Source: the human T2T-CHM13v2.0 reference genome, Homo sapiens | Length of the DNA: 64,000 bases | Assembly (NCBI RefSeq): GCF_009914755.1 | Contig: NC_060927.1 | Strand: one strand, 5' to 3' | In this document: piece by piece, positions 1 through 13,589 of the stretch | Numbering within the stretch: the first letter of the stretch is position 1 | Layout of the letters: every line of letters starts with the position of its first letter | Program-made: the position numbers and the translations under genes | Notes under the pieces: generated by a model | The model's database searches: none | What the model was told of the DNA's origin: nothing | What the model saw: only the letters and a program-made list of their open reading frames with translations

Positions 1-1012
1 GATGAATGGGTGGATAGATGGGAAACTAAAGCCTAGGTAGATCATTCAGCAAGAAATTGGCCAAGCCAGGCTTTGAACCCAGGTCTGCATGTTCCTGTGA
101 TTGTCCTGCAAAGCCTTTCATTCACTAAGCATGCAACCGGTTAAAGAGAGAATGCACCAATTGCAACTCTCATTTCTAGTCCCATGACCTTTCTCTAAAA
201 GTCACTCCCTGTGTATGTGGGCAGAGGAAGAACCTGGGACATCCTGTGGCAACACAGCCAACTGTCTGCTCAGGCCTTTCCAGGCCCTAGATATTTGGGT
301 CAAGAGGGACAGCAGAGGGGCAACCGTGCTGCAAAGAGTTTCAAATGCCCTTGATACTGAAAAGATGGGAAGGGCGTGGGAATAGCCAGAGGTTACATGG
401 AAGGACAAACATCACAACTGGAGGAGACTGAGGTGGAGAGGAGGCCTGAGATTGCACGTGCAGACCTGTGGAACTGTTTCCACATTATCCACATCAGGCT
501 GCAATGCTTCATTAAGTGGGGCCCCCAAGGGTTAACCAGGAAGGTGGAGGGGACAGAACAGAGCAGGGGAAAATAAATCTTGAGGAGGAGGAAGAAGGGG
601 AAGAAACTCGGGCTGGAATCACTTTGTTTTATGAATAGTTTATGAGGCGTATCAGGAGTCACCCTAACGGGCAAGGGCTGGAATGTTTTCTAACTTTAAA
701 GTGAAAGCCGCCCACCAGGCTGCGAGAGTGGGAGCGGCAAAATATGAAAAACACGGAGGCCCCTCTCTGCACTGCCCATCTATCTTGTAAACCATGGATC
801 TCCAAGGCGCATATACTAGCAAATGTGTCTCACTTGGGATGCTAAAACCACCTTGGAGTTTTACACAGCCACTGTGCCCAGCTAAATGTTTTCAGGCGAC
901 TTCTCTCTTGCCTGGAAAAGTATCATGGGTGGACCCTGCGGCTGAGGAGACATTTGGAGGGGAGGACCACAGAGCCGGGTGTGGCACGGGGTGGTGGGGG
1001 GGCAGTGCTTAC

Positions 1013-1092
1013 ATCTACACCAACTGCATATACACTGGTCACCATGGAGCAAGGAGGAAGTACAGCCAGGACTAGGTGGTCTTGCTGTGGAG
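1013..1092 (-). other. Candidate spliced exon (80 nt) of an unidentified minus-strand transcript
   Basis: Minus strand reads ttcttgtgtgttctttag|CTCCACAG...GGTGTAGAT|gtaagc: a pyrimidine-rich TAG acceptor and a near-consensus donor. No recognisable protein homology. Confidence 0.3.
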
Positions 1093-2052
1093 CTAAAGAA
1101 CACACAAGAAGCCTCAGAAAGAAATCTTTATTTGTCCAAATGAGCTTGATGCCTTTAGCAGTTCTCTCTCCACCCACAGGCAAAGCCACAGGCGCCCCAT
1201 AAACTGACCCCACTATCCAAGGCCTTGGGGAAACATTTCCTCCATGCCTTCCCCAACCCCTGGACTCCAGGTCTCAGGATGGAGCCCCACACCTCCGTGG
1301 TTGACCTGCCTTTGTCTAGGCTGCTCCTATGCCCTTGCCCATCCCTACAACTTATCCCAGCAACATCCCTTGGGTTCTTGAGGCCAATGTCCAAGATTCC
1401 CCTTTGCCCCACTGTCCAGGCAGTGTCTGTGCTCACACTCACTTCTGGATTCAAGCCACGGTCTGACCCTGAGCCTCCTGCTTGCTTGGAATGTGAATTC
1501 AGACTTTAGTCAGCAGGCTAATGCAAGGGACACCGCTGGTGCACAGGCTGCAGATTAAGGGCGGGGAGACATCCCATTATTGGGTGCACATTCTCAGCCT
1601 CCACCCTAACACACTGCCCTCTCCTCTTCCATTCACAAGCCCTGAAAATCTGGCTTTCCAAGACATCCCCCTACCCAAGCTGCTCTAACTCAGTGGAAAT
1701 TCAAGCCAACGTTTCTTCTTGATAAGGTTTTCTCTTATGCTGAGTTGAAAAGGTTTTTGTCTTTTTTTTCCCCCTTCCAGAAAGGTTGGAGAGTTATTCG
1801 GAAGGTCTAGTATGTGCTGGTGTCCTTGCAATCACACCTGCTCTGCCTCAGAACATGCTGTTCTTTATGTTGGGGTAGAGTCTGTATATCTACTTGAGAA
1901 GACCCTGCTACCCTCTGGCACTCTCATGGCTCATCCTGGAATACGAACTATTCCTCATAGGAAATGGATAATACAATATCAGTGAAGATATTAAACATAG
2001 CACCTGGCCAGGAAATTCATGGTGTCCAATGAATGAAGCTTGTTTCTTTGCT

Positions 2053-2250
2053 TCATTCATTCATTCATTCATTTGAAATTAATTAGTGCCTGCCATGTAT
2101 CAAAACATGGTCAAAGTCCTCAGAGTTCACAGTTTAGTGAGGGGAGAGAAGCAATACAGAAACCCATAAATAGATGAACATGATCATTTAACATAGTAGC
2201 AAGGCTATGGAGACAATACTGGAATTGAGAGTGAAAAGCAGACTTAGAAG
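2053..2250 (-). mobile_element. L2 LINE 3' end fragment
   Basis: (CATT)n tail followed by ttagtgcctgccatgt...cctcagagttcacagtttagt, typical of an antisense L2 3' end. Confidence 0.6.
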
Positions 2251-5200
2251 GATGGAAGTGTGGTGGAGATCTATGTATAACCCCCCACAGAGAGCAAAGC
2301 AAGGTTAAGCAACCCTACTATCTGGAAGTTTTCTCCAAACCCAACAGATTCCTAAAGAGTTAGTCTGAGCTCTGAGAAAGAAAAAAGTAAGAACCCTTTT
2401 TCTAAACAGGGCTGGTCTGACTGTACAAAAGCCATTCTACTACAAAGACTAAACCCAGGTTCTGATGTTGGCATTTCAGTGTGAGGAAAGAAAGATTCCT
2501 GGCTGGAAGCAGCAGCAAAGGTCACTAAATGAGAGAGTGCATGGGTGGGAACACCCAGTCAACCGGGCTTGAACACATAGAAGATGGTGGTGAGAGGGAA
2601 AATTCCCTTCTGACTAGTTCTAGGCCTGGACAATGGGACCATCCACAGCAGCTGTTGGGCACCTTCCTAAGGTGGAGAATCCAATAGCTCCCCATTGAAG
2701 CCAAAAGACACATCGATCCTCGTGGGCAGGTGCTGCAAGTCATAAGCTTAGGAATTTGGGGGCTATGGTCAAGTCTCTCAAGGCATTCCTATTTGCATCC
2801 TACTTTAGGTAACTGTGGGTGCCACGTGGTCAAATACTGCAGGGGATGGGGGTTGGAGCAAAGCAGGGCGATGCCTGGGAAGTGTAAAAACGAATCCTTG
2901 GCTAGTGTCAAGGGAGTTGGCCTGGCCTCAGGTGAAAGAGGCTGAGAGGTTGTTAAGGTCATACCTCTCTGTGTATTATACAAGTCTGTGCCCCTAATGA
3001 AAATTCCATTTCTTCTAAATAGGCTAATTGAAGGACCTCTTCTTTGAAAAAGCCAGTCTGTGTTCTAAAAAGGGCTTAATGAGGACACGGTTATGACAAA
3101 CCTCTTAAGAGACAGAGCAGAGAGATTTATAAAAACCTACAGAAAAATAGCAGGTAGTCAGGCCACTTTAGGAGGAGGGAGCACTAAGGAACCTACAGTA
3201 CTGGAAGAAATAAATGGGAATGCTGAGAATAGGAGGGTGGGCTTCTAAATAAGTATACAGGCTGAGAGCAGGTAATCAAATGAACAGTTACAGTATTACA
3301 ATGGCAGCCTATGGCATTTGTTAGCACTGGGTACCTGGTGCTAGGTAACGTGCTCATGTCAGTCCTTGAAGAGAGGTGTTATGATTTTCATGATTCTTCT
3401 AGAAGGAAAAACTGACTTTCAGGCAATTTGAGGAACCCCCCCCCAAGACTTAAGATTTCACAGCTGTTAGACAATGCAGACACATATAGACCCAGAACAC
3501 CTGGCATTGCACATCCAATAGGGCATTGCCCCATCCAGTGAAATCTGGTGACCACTTATGCCAGAATCACAGAAGGGCCTAATAGATTGGCCTTTCCTAG
3601 GCTTTGGTGGACATGCAGAATCAAAATCTGCATGTGGCCCCTGGAGATCCACGTTCCAAAAGCTCCTTGGGTGATATTGAAACACACTCTTGTTTAAGAA
3701 CCAGGCAGTTAGGGGCAGTGAGTAGATTGGGTTGTTTGGAACAGAGGGTTTCTAAGAATCCAGGGGCTTGAGATCTACAGGAATTTTTTTTTTAATCAGC
3801 ACTTCCAGAAGAGATGAGGGACAAAGCCCACTCTGTAGAGTGCTGGGAGGACTCCATCTATGCACAATGTTAATGGTTATTGATCTGGATGTGATGGAGT
3901 AAACCTGCTGCATCCTGCCTTCCTCAGGTACCTGGTTTAGCACACTGAAGTCAGGAGGGAGACTGGAAAGAACTGTGTACAGATGAATGCAGAAGATCCC
4001 AGCTTCTCAGAATGAAGATCGTGAACTCAACAGATTTTAGCTTCAGGGAGCAGAAAGTAGAAATGGAGATGGGGCCAGGGACCCAGGAGTGCCTACTCCA
4101 AAGGTTGGCCATGGTCCTGTGATAGTCCCATACAACTTCCAAGGTCTAAAATCAGCGTCTCCATGGTAGAGTTGTCACTGATGAAATAACAGCATTACCT
4201 GTCAGGAAGAGAGGCCCAAATATTTTCCATGGTCCTGAGGACTCATTCTGAGAAAGGCAAGCTACTGAAAGGGCTTCTCCAATTCCTGGCATTTTCTTAT
4301 TCCCAGGCCCTGATGACAGAGGGGTCTTGGCCCTGAATCTGCCCTTGTGAGTCCTGCACAATGTCCTTTGTGCCACTGGCTTCATCAAAGAACTGAGCCT
4401 CCACCAAGCGGCTGTAATCTGAAGGCAGAAGGTACAGTGGGGGTGAAAAGGAAGTGAGCTTTCATCTTCCTACGGAGGGATGCCTATACTTTGCTCCCAC
4501 TGGCCCTTCTGTTGGACTTTGGATGGAATAGTGGGGCATTGTCGGGGACAGTCTGCCACCACCCAGCCCCCATGGGCCAAGGGCTGGGAGGCTTCTGCAC
4601 ATACACTCTTTGGCACTAGTCAACAGGCCCCCAAGCTGCAGCCCTGTGAAGGCCCCTCCATAAGGGTTTGGAGGGCTGATGGTGGCAGGGCAAGTATCCT
4701 TTCTGGAGGAGGAGGAAGCAGGACCTGCAGGCCCTCACCCCTGTCCTTGAAACACGGAGGCTCTTTTCCTGGTTTGCCTAGTTGGAAGGGAACATCCCAG
4801 TTTGCAGGAGACATTTTGCAGGCTTGGCCACAGACATACTTTTACACCTGGTTGTATAAAATATGCAACATTGCAGAGGAGTTCTAGCCAGAGCACTTCA
4901 GTGACAAACTGGCACAGGGACACACACAGTCAGGCACACTCATGCACCCTGCCCTCAAGGGGCGTTCCATGTGACACAGGCCAGTTAGACGCAGGATGTG
5001 CAGACCAGACAGACACAGACCCAACGGTGAGACTGAATGTTTATTGGTGGGATGAGGTGTGTGCAGGTCACTCTGCAGGACCCAGTGCTGGTGTGGGCAT
5101 TTGGTGGAACAGCCTGCTGAAGGAGGGGCAGATTTCCCCAGATCTGGTCCCAGCCCCTTGGTAGGCACACTCTAGCTGCAATACATTAACAGAGGAGAAT

Positions 5201-6699
5201 GCAATGAGTTCTCCAAACTACTCTGCTAAAATGCCTCAGCCCATAACCAGGCTCAAATATTTGTCCACTTGGACTCAGTTAATTCTGCAGTGCAGCAAAC
5301 TGCCCAACAGATGTTTTTCAGATGCAGCCTCCTCTCATTATATAGGGTGCACTAATCTCCCCTAAGAGGCTGAAACCATCCTTAAAAATAAGTGTGTGTA
5401 TATGCGTGCATGCATGTGTGTGTGAATGAAGGGGAGAAAGAGGCAGAGAGAGAAACAGAGGCACAAAGACAGAAGGATGGACACTCACCACACTGATCTT
5501 CCCAGAAATGGCCCACACTCTAACAAATCCAGCACAGCAAATTGAGGCATTTCCAAGGAAAGAAGCACATGTGGTCACCACAGAAACAAAGCTGCACACA
5601 GCAGGGTTAATCTTCGTGCAGCACACCTGCAACTTCTCCACAGCAGGTGGTGTTGTTTGGTTTTGCATACCCATCCCCAAACAGCATTTGAATTAATATA
5701 AACGTATCCTAGCTGGTCTTTATGGCAACAGCAGCAATATGGTGGGAGGGACCTGCTCAGATGGAGGTTGGCATAATGCCTCCTTTGTGTCATCCTTCCC
5801 AAGGGAACAGGGATGGCAAGGCCATCCAAGAGGGCCCTGGGATGGTCCCCCAGTCCATCGGTGGCCTGCACTTGGGTAAGATAGGCGCAGGGGACAGGGG
5901 TGTGGTCAGTGACTCTGTGGCTGTAACACATGCGAGGCAAGTGGGCTTTAGAGTGACAGAAGTGTAAGGATGGCCAAAAGGAGCTTTGCTTCTTGCCAAA
6001 AGTGATGCGTTCAAATAAAAGCAGAAAGAACCTGCAGGGGGCAGGGGCGCTGGGCAGAGTTGGTGTGGGAGTAGACCGACTGCAAACCCAGGAGGAAAGC
6101 AAATGTTTCCATCAGCAGGGATGAGGAGGAAAACTTGGCATGGAAAAATACAAGCTTAGTGATAACCAGCTTATGAGTTTTTGCCGTGGCTGCAGAAGAG
6201 GGAGGTAGCAGCGATAAGGCTACAGACTGTAATGTTTGCTTATGAACGAATGAAGATGGCTAAGCTGCGTGTGCAGCTGAGCTCCTCTCTTCCACTGGAC
6301 ACAGAAGATCCTAGGGCTACACAATGAGTAAGGCAGACATGTAATCTCCCTTCCCTCTTCTGTTTTTGACAAGTGAGAAAGCTTTACAGAAGCACACATT
6401 TCAGACAGTGGAAAAAAAAAAAGTATGGTATAGCCTCAGGATCCAGAGTTATGGCTTCTACCACCATATCCATCTGCACCAAATAAACTTAAAAAACACA
6501 TTCCGTTCAGTTCACAGAAGCAATGGGAACCATAGCTTTCTCTCAATCCAGTGGCCTTACAAAAAAGTTAGCTAGTAAAGTGGTCAGTGGCCTTATTAGT
6601 AAAGAGTTCCTTTAGGGCATAGACTCCTTTCACTAGCAATTTTGTATATACACTTGTAAGAATATTAAGGTAAGTGAATATCAGAAAAGGATCAACTGG

Positions 6700-7215
6700 T
6701 CAAAGAAATGGTGTGCTAAGCTTTAGGATCATTTTGATAAGAAGTACAGAGGGATTGGGAATGTGGGGTAGAAGGTGTATTTACTTCAGGGATGTGTGCC
6801 CAGGTGGTGGTGGTCAATGAAGGCTTCCCACAGGAAGTGAGATGTAGCTCAGTCCTAAAGGATAAGTGGGTTTACCGAGTAAAACTCAGGGGAAGGAAGT
6901 GGGTTCAGTTTTGACATAAAAGGAAGTGTTCCAGGTGGAGGGGGAATTGGACAGCCAAAGGCTCCAAGATCTCAGAGAACATGGTATGTTGAAGAAAGAA
7001 CTGAAGGAAGTTCAACGAAGGGAGGTGGCAGCGACGCTGAGAGGTGAAGGTAGACCAGGTTCTAAAGGGCGCTGTCGGCTATCCTAAGGCATCCGGACCT
7101 AGTCCCAAGAGAAGGAAATGACTTTTCTAGCTTCACTGGTAGCGATGGAGATTGAAGGTGTTCCAAGTAGGCTGCATGAATGGCCTTGGAGAGGAGGTTA
7201 CCAAGCTAGAGGAAG
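6700..7215 (-). mobile_element. L2 LINE fragment
   Basis: ggcttcccacaggaagtgagatg...ttccaggtggagggg...cagccaaaggctcc, resembling the L2 body in antisense. Boundaries approximate. Confidence 0.55.
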
Positions 7216-7759
7216 GTGGAATTATCTAAAATCATGATTTCCTCTACCCTTTCACACTGGCTGTCAAAAGATAGAACTTTAGGCCAAAGAAAAACGGACC
7301 AATTGCCTGAAGGGTTGTTAAGTGGCTGGCATTTTTTGTCCATTTCATTTTTGGGAGCACTGCAGGAGAGGGAAAGGATTTATGCTGGAGAGGAGGCATG
7401 GGTCCCCGGGAATTGCAGGTGGATGCTGTCTTGTGTAATAATGTGGAATACCTGGCAGGGTGGCTGAAAGTGTGTGTGATCAATGGATTGATGAGAGTGG
7501 CAGCTTTTGGGCAGACAGGCTGGCTCTTTCTGAGCTCTATTCAATCTCACTTTAGGGGGTGCCAAGAGGCAGCAATGCTGAGGTTTTTTTGTGGCTTAAT
7601 GGTAGATTTCTTGATCCTTTCTCTCCCATTCCCTCTGCTGACTCGGATACAGGCCTTATAGACTAAATGGAAAATTATGGTGGGGAGTGAAGGTCACCTT
7701 AAAGTATGTGCCTCATCATTAACAAGCCATGGGCCAAAAGGGTGAAATTCTAACTCAAA

Positions 7760-7985
7760 ATCTGGAGTCCCAGCTATCTGCATTGCAATCTCAGCATTGC
7801 CCCTTCCCAACTACGTGACCCTGGGCTATTTACCTCACATCCTCATCTATGAGATAACTGCAGATTATCATTATGCTACTTCAAAGGGTTTTGTATGGTG
7901 AGGGTCAAATTTGATAAGGCATATGAAATGTTTAGCACAGGGCCTAGCACAGTTCACACTAAATAAGTGATCGTTGCTGTTAATT
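7760..7985 (+). mobile_element. MIR SINE
   Basis: gtgaccctgggc...cctcatctatgag...gtttagcacagggcctagcaca, MIR core and 3' part; followed by a (TAG)n microsatellite. Confidence 0.7.
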
Positions 7986-8795
7986 TTAATACTAATACAA
8001 CTATTACTAGTAGTAGTAGTAGTGTTAGTGTTAAAATCTTCAGGGCATCTTAAGGCTGGGGAGACCCACATTTACTAATAACTAGAATTTTGGCTGCCCA
8101 AGAAAATGCTGATATGAACCATCACACATTTTGCTTACAGGACGCCAAGAGAAATTACAAAGCCACTGTAAAACCACATGCCAGTCACATGGGCAATCAA
8201 CACCAATAGGAGGGGTGAGGCTGCCAAAGCTTGAGTTCAGTTTTCACTTTCTAACTAGTGGCGGTGGTGGTATTAGGGGGCAGTGTGAGATAGAGAGTTG
8301 TGTGAAGTGGTATAAATAGAATACGTCTTTTCATAAATCCTGGGCAACCACATGCTATAATGAATGACAGAATAAAAAGGAGCCACACAGGGAGGTGGGG
8401 GAGTTGTCTTCCCAAACACATCAACATAAAGCACTTTCCACACATTTCAGCACCCGGTGAGATCTTTACGTGCTGGGAACTCCACATACTTTGTGTGTCA
8501 TGAGACAAGAGTAAAGATAGGACTTTTATAGGCTTTGGCTTCCTGAGTATTTATAATGTTGTACCAATTAGGCGGCTGAGAACCCAAAATCATGAAAGAG
8601 TCCACCTAAGAATCGGTGCCCTGGAACAGCCTGCAGAAAAGCTTGTTCCAAATGCCACAAGCAGGAAGGTATTGTGCAGTCCAACTTTTAAACACATAAG
8701 GCTACCTACAGTTTCCATGTGTGACTTTACCAAACTGGGTTCATGCCATGCATGCTACTAGAGGTCTTTTCTACTTGAAAATGTATCTTGGAGAA

Positions 8796-9246
8796 TGGGA
8801 TGGTTAATTTGATGTGTCAAGCTGACTGGACTAAGGGATGCCCAGATAGCTGGTAAAACATTATATGTGGGTGTGACCATGAGGCACTACTAACACTACG
8901 CTCATTTCTAGATGAGATTAGCAGTTGAATCAGTAGACTGAGTAAAGATCCCTCTCACCAACATGAGTGGGCATCATCTATCCATTAAGGGCCCAAATAG
9001 AACAAAAAAGGCAGGAAAAGGGAGAATCTACTCTCTGTTTGAGCTGGGAAATCCATCTTTTCCTGCCTTCACACTTCGTCCTGGTTCTCAAGCTTTTGGA
9101 CTTGGACTTTGGACTGAATTACACCACTGGCTTTCCTGATTCTCCAGCTTGTAAGTGGCATACTGTGGTACTTCTTGGCCTCCATGACTGCATGAGCCAA
9201 TTCCAATTCTATTGGTCCTGTTTCTCTGGAGGACCCGACTAATACA
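8796..9246 (+). mobile_element. MLT2-family (ERVL) solo LTR, MLT2B-like
   Basis: Starts tgggatggttaatttgatgtgtcaa, ends tttctctggaggacccgactaataca; 5-bp flanks gagaa/gagag fit a decayed TSD. Confidence 0.85.
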
Positions 9247-10799
9247 GAGAGTCTTGCATATCAATAAGTGTAAAGAATCTTCTTATTTTAGATCTACAGA
9301 GGGATCTATTGTAGGATGCAAACATTTTTTGCCTAAATGTAAGTCATTACCTACTGTTTCATTCTGGATGAGGCTAAATTATGTTGCAGTAACAACTCCA
9401 AAACCCTAGTGGTTTACCATAGTCAAGGGTAGGCACCCATCTCAGGTTGTGCTATTTTGCCTACTTGCTCTCCAGAAAGATTATGTCAATCTATAATCCC
9501 AATGATGATGCAGGAAGCCTCACACTCCTATGCTTTAGGAAAGACCAGCAAGAGTGGGTCAATAAAAAGCAAGGCCCTGGCAGAGCCATTTGGTTGATGT
9601 CCCCTCCTCTGTTCCTCAGCCTCATGTCATATCTTCTTCCCATCCACAGAATCTTAGACATTCTTTAAAGAATGCCTCTTTGCAGACACTGGCTTTCTTG
9701 TTAATTATTCTGTGTCATGTTGGTTCCAAACTCATGGGCTTATGAGGGATGATTCCCAGACAAAATGCAAGCTCTTCAACTCCATCCCCCCACACCATGC
9801 AAATATGTGCCTCTTGTAGCCAGCAAGACTTTTATTTTCATAACTTAGTCATTAGCTCTGTGCAAAACTATGAGTGGAGAAGATGAAGAGGAAGAAGCGG
9901 GAGGAAAAGATGACAAAGAGAACATTCTTCAGAAATCACCTCCTTTCATTCTGAAGTTTTAATCATCCCTGATGACTTTTATCTTAAAAAAAAAAATACT
10001 GCCTCAGAACAGATGTTCCCAGCCTCATTTGACCTGCACATGGCCATGGGATAAGACAAAATGCAGGGTCTAGGCTACTGAAGAGCCATAAGGAAATCAT
10101 TTTACCAACAGATAGCATCTGTCCACATCAGTGCTTGGGATGCCCCAGCAACAGTGACATTCTCCAGGAACATACAGACATAGACTTGTGTTTTCCAGTG
10201 GTCGTGGCAACTGATGTTCCTCTGCTGTGTTTCTTCCAACTGCTGCCAAAGCTCCTCTGACTGGGGCTGGTAGGAATCTCACGACTACAGCTGACCCTCA
10301 CTTTCCCTTGTAATGGCCTTCACGTCCCCTGTAATCAGAGTACATGGGTTTGAACCCCAATTTATTAGGGGCCAAGGAGCGTAGACGGAAAGAAACTAGG
10401 GCTCCAACCTCAGCTCCTCTGCTTCTTAATGGTGAACTCAGTGAGTTATTCTTCCTGAATTACACTCTAAAAATGATGGGTGACAGAAGCTCTCCTGCTG
10501 AGATGTTATACAAATTAAATGAAGTTATAATGTAAAGCTCACTTAAGATGTGATATTCTGAATGTACCTGACACAGAGCATAGCATTGAACAATTTTTAA
10601 TTATCTCAATGTCTTACTGTGTCCACTGTCTCTACTCTAAGCCTGGCATATCACTTCACCCCAAAACAAATATAATTGACTCCTACAGGCTTCCCCTCTT
10701 GCCTCTTGAATTCCACACTGCACACCCAGTGGAGACATCTGTCATGCATTCATTCATTCGGTTTTATTCTATGGGAGCCCATCTAGCCTATTAACTGGC

Positions 10800-11170
10800 A
10801 TCTGGAAGGTCTAGCTTAGTGTCCTAGACCCCTGAGTTATCCAATGTGTAACCTTGGGGAAGTTACTGAGACCCATCAGCCTCAGTTTCCTCATCTGTAA
10901 AACAGGAATAATAAGATCTACCCTATGAGAAAGTGATTTTAAAATCTAAGTTTGCATAAAATCTATATAGGAAGCTGTTTAAATGAAGATTCTTGGGCCC
11001 TGCACATTCAGCAAGATCTGGGGAGTGCCCAGATAACTTTATTTGTAATCAACCCTCCATGTGACTTACCTGTCATACTTTGAGAAGCCTGCTATGAAGA
11101 TGGAATTGGATTTTTTCCTGTCAAGGGAAAACTACAGTGCCTAGCACATAGTAGGTACTTTACTAGTAAA
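10800..11170 (+). mobile_element. MIR interrupted by a MER5-like hAT fragment (~10935-11090)
   Basis: accttggggaagttactg...agcctcagtttcctcatctgtaaaacagg (MIR core), then MER5-like gattcttgggccc...ctttgagaagc, then MIR resumes at acagtgcctagcacatagtagg. Confidence 0.6.
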
Positions 11171-11461
11171 TGTAGCATTCTACAGATCTTTGGACCAATC
11201 AAAACTGCTTTACTATGTTCTAGGCACTGTGGTAGATGCTAGGACACATCGGTGACCCAGAGAGATGCAGTTCTGCCATGGAGTCTAGGAGGGCAAGCAG
11301 ACAAGTATCAGAATACTTGAACAAGTATCCTAAGTACTATGAACAAAGAAACACACGGTACTCTAAATCACTGGGAAAATGATTCCGACTTTATACTTCC
11401 CCCGAAAAGCCCCCATCACTCCCACTCTCAACCTTAAGACCCACTTCCTGATCCACGCAGG

Positions 11462-11670
11462 CAGTGGTGTGCTAGAGCCAGCGCATACCAGCTAGGAAAG
11501 GCTGATTGTTTAATATTCAAGAATTTTGTGAGCTGAGTGACTTCCTGTTGTTAACTTGCAATTACCCATATTGGGAATCTTTACACCACAGAAATCCACA
11601 AACGCTGCAAATCAGAGTTCTCTTTCCAACTCCAAGAGCCAGTTATTAAACATGTGTTAGCACCCCACAG
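11462..11670 (+). mobile_element. MER63A non-autonomous hAT DNA transposon
   Basis: Terminal inverted repeats cagtggtgtgct / agcaccccacag, internal gagccagttattaaacat; decayed 8-bp TSD cacgcagg/catatagg. Confidence 0.8.
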
Positions 11671-12913
11671 CATATAGGTTATCTTGCCACCCCTTCCCTG
11701 TTCTTTGCCTTTTTCCCACAATATTTGTACTGGTTTGAACTCTACTCACACCTCCAAATCCAAAACTGTCTTGGAACCACTCAGATGAAATCTCATGCCA
11801 TGTTTAGATTCTTTCCGGAGAGTGGTTGAATGCCAGGTCACCAGTCCCACTGGCAAGGATGCTCATCTTCATAATGAATTCCACCTGCTGGGCACACCCA
11901 CTGCCTCTTGGTGGATAAAGGAGGGAAATTTCCCCTCAAGTAAAAATGACATCTTCTGGAATTTTTCTCATCTCTCTGAAGTCAACTGCCTAACTCCCTC
12001 CACCACTGCATTGGTCTCTTGGGTCATGATGGCAGAACAAGCTGTTTCTAACAGTCCCTTCAACAGGGGTGATATCACCAGCCAGGTATGTCCCTGAACC
12101 CTGGGAGGGAGGAACGGTCAGCTTTGGTAGCCCCTGCATGAGGTCTTCTAATCAGATCACTGGTTGGCCCCACTATGGGAAATTCTTTTCTCTTGTACAG
12201 AACATTCTCTCCTTCCCAGATTCCCTCTGATAAAAACTCAAAAGGAGACATGCCAGGCCAGAGAATTTAAACAGAAGGGCCTTAGACAATTTATCTCACA
12301 CTTCAGCAACTTTGCAGTTTATATTTGTAAACCTCACTTATTTACTTGTCCTGTTTTTGTTAAAGTAAACTCATTTGGAGTCACCACATAAAAGGGTTTT
12401 GTTTACATGGCCTCTGCCTTCAGTTTAGATTCCTGGTTTAGTCTATTAAAATGAGCCTGATCTTATTCTCCCAAAGAATAAGGAAACTCTAAATAAAGTT
12501 TTGAGTCTTCCAGACATAGATACCAGCCCTAAGATTTTGTACCAAATGCTCAGAGTGTGGCAAGAGAAGGGTGGGGAGGCAAATAAGGAATTTGTGAGAG
12601 GCCCAGAACTGGAGTCTTTAGAAATCAGTCTTGACTGGGCTCTGGAGGTTAGGATTTGGGGCTTGTCAAAGCTTTCTGGCCTGGAAACAATGACAGGCTT
12701 CCTTCAGGATGGAGCTGTGAGTTTGTGACTTGTGTTCTTTCAGTGGGGTCAAAGGAGGGTTCTCAGAATCTCACTTCCTCCCTGTTACCTAATATTCAAC
12801 ACCCCCCAGAGTCAGTGCTTCATCACATGCTTGCTGGAGAGGGTCTTAATCCTACGCAAAGGTCAAAAGAAGGCTGATTGGCATTCTATCACTTGCTCCT
12901 ACCTCCCTTGGGG

Positions 12914-13008
12914 GTGTGTGTGAGTGTGAGAGAATGTGTGTGTGAGAGAGAGAGAGAGTACGTTTGTGTGTGTGTGTGTGTCTGTGTCTGTGTGAGAGTG
13001 TGTGTGTG
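12914..13008. repeat. Compound (TG)n/(GA)n microsatellite
   Basis: Direct inspection. Confidence 0.95.
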
Positions 13009-13589
13009 CAGGATGTCTCTCTGGAGCCTCAGGGGCAGAGATCACTGCCATGGGAATTGCCATTTACATGAATGGGCAACTGGAGATAACTGGTTTATTT
13101 TTCTCCTCTCCCTCTGGCTTTATTCATTGGTCTGGGTGATGAGAAGATAAGCCACCTCTTAGGGAAAGAGTTAAACAGAAGAGACTCAAGAGCCATGAGA
13201 ACTTGCTGATGAGTCTTTCTTCAAGCTTTGAGACTCCTTCTGTGGAATCTTTGGGGCACCTTCTCCCAAACACCATTTTTTCTGCTTTTCACATGGCTAA
13301 GTGCAACTCACGGGTAAGGACCTCTGTGCAGAGGAGCTTGGGAAAGGGACTGCTCTGTAAGCAGCCCCTTGTTGGGGACGGGGGAAGAGTTCATGGACAA
13401 CAATCAATAGGGGAACTTAAGAAAGTATGATGATCTATTTTATGGAGCATTATATGACAGTTAAAAAGAATCAGACCCATCTGAGTATACTGAAAGAGAA
13501 AGGTCTCTGGGACATACAGTTCATTTCAAAAGAATACATGCAACACAATGTCATTTATATTACAAACAAGAACAGACTCAAATTCCAAG

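Noticed and set aside
4480-5170. Cluster of 60-135 aa ORFs on both strands
   Set aside because: Expected in stop-poor, GC-richer DNA; no protein family signature.
5575-6102. 175-aa minus-strand ORF and overlapping ORFs
   Set aside because: No recognisable domain, non-ATG start, several overlapping frames open in a GC-richer patch; consistent with chance.
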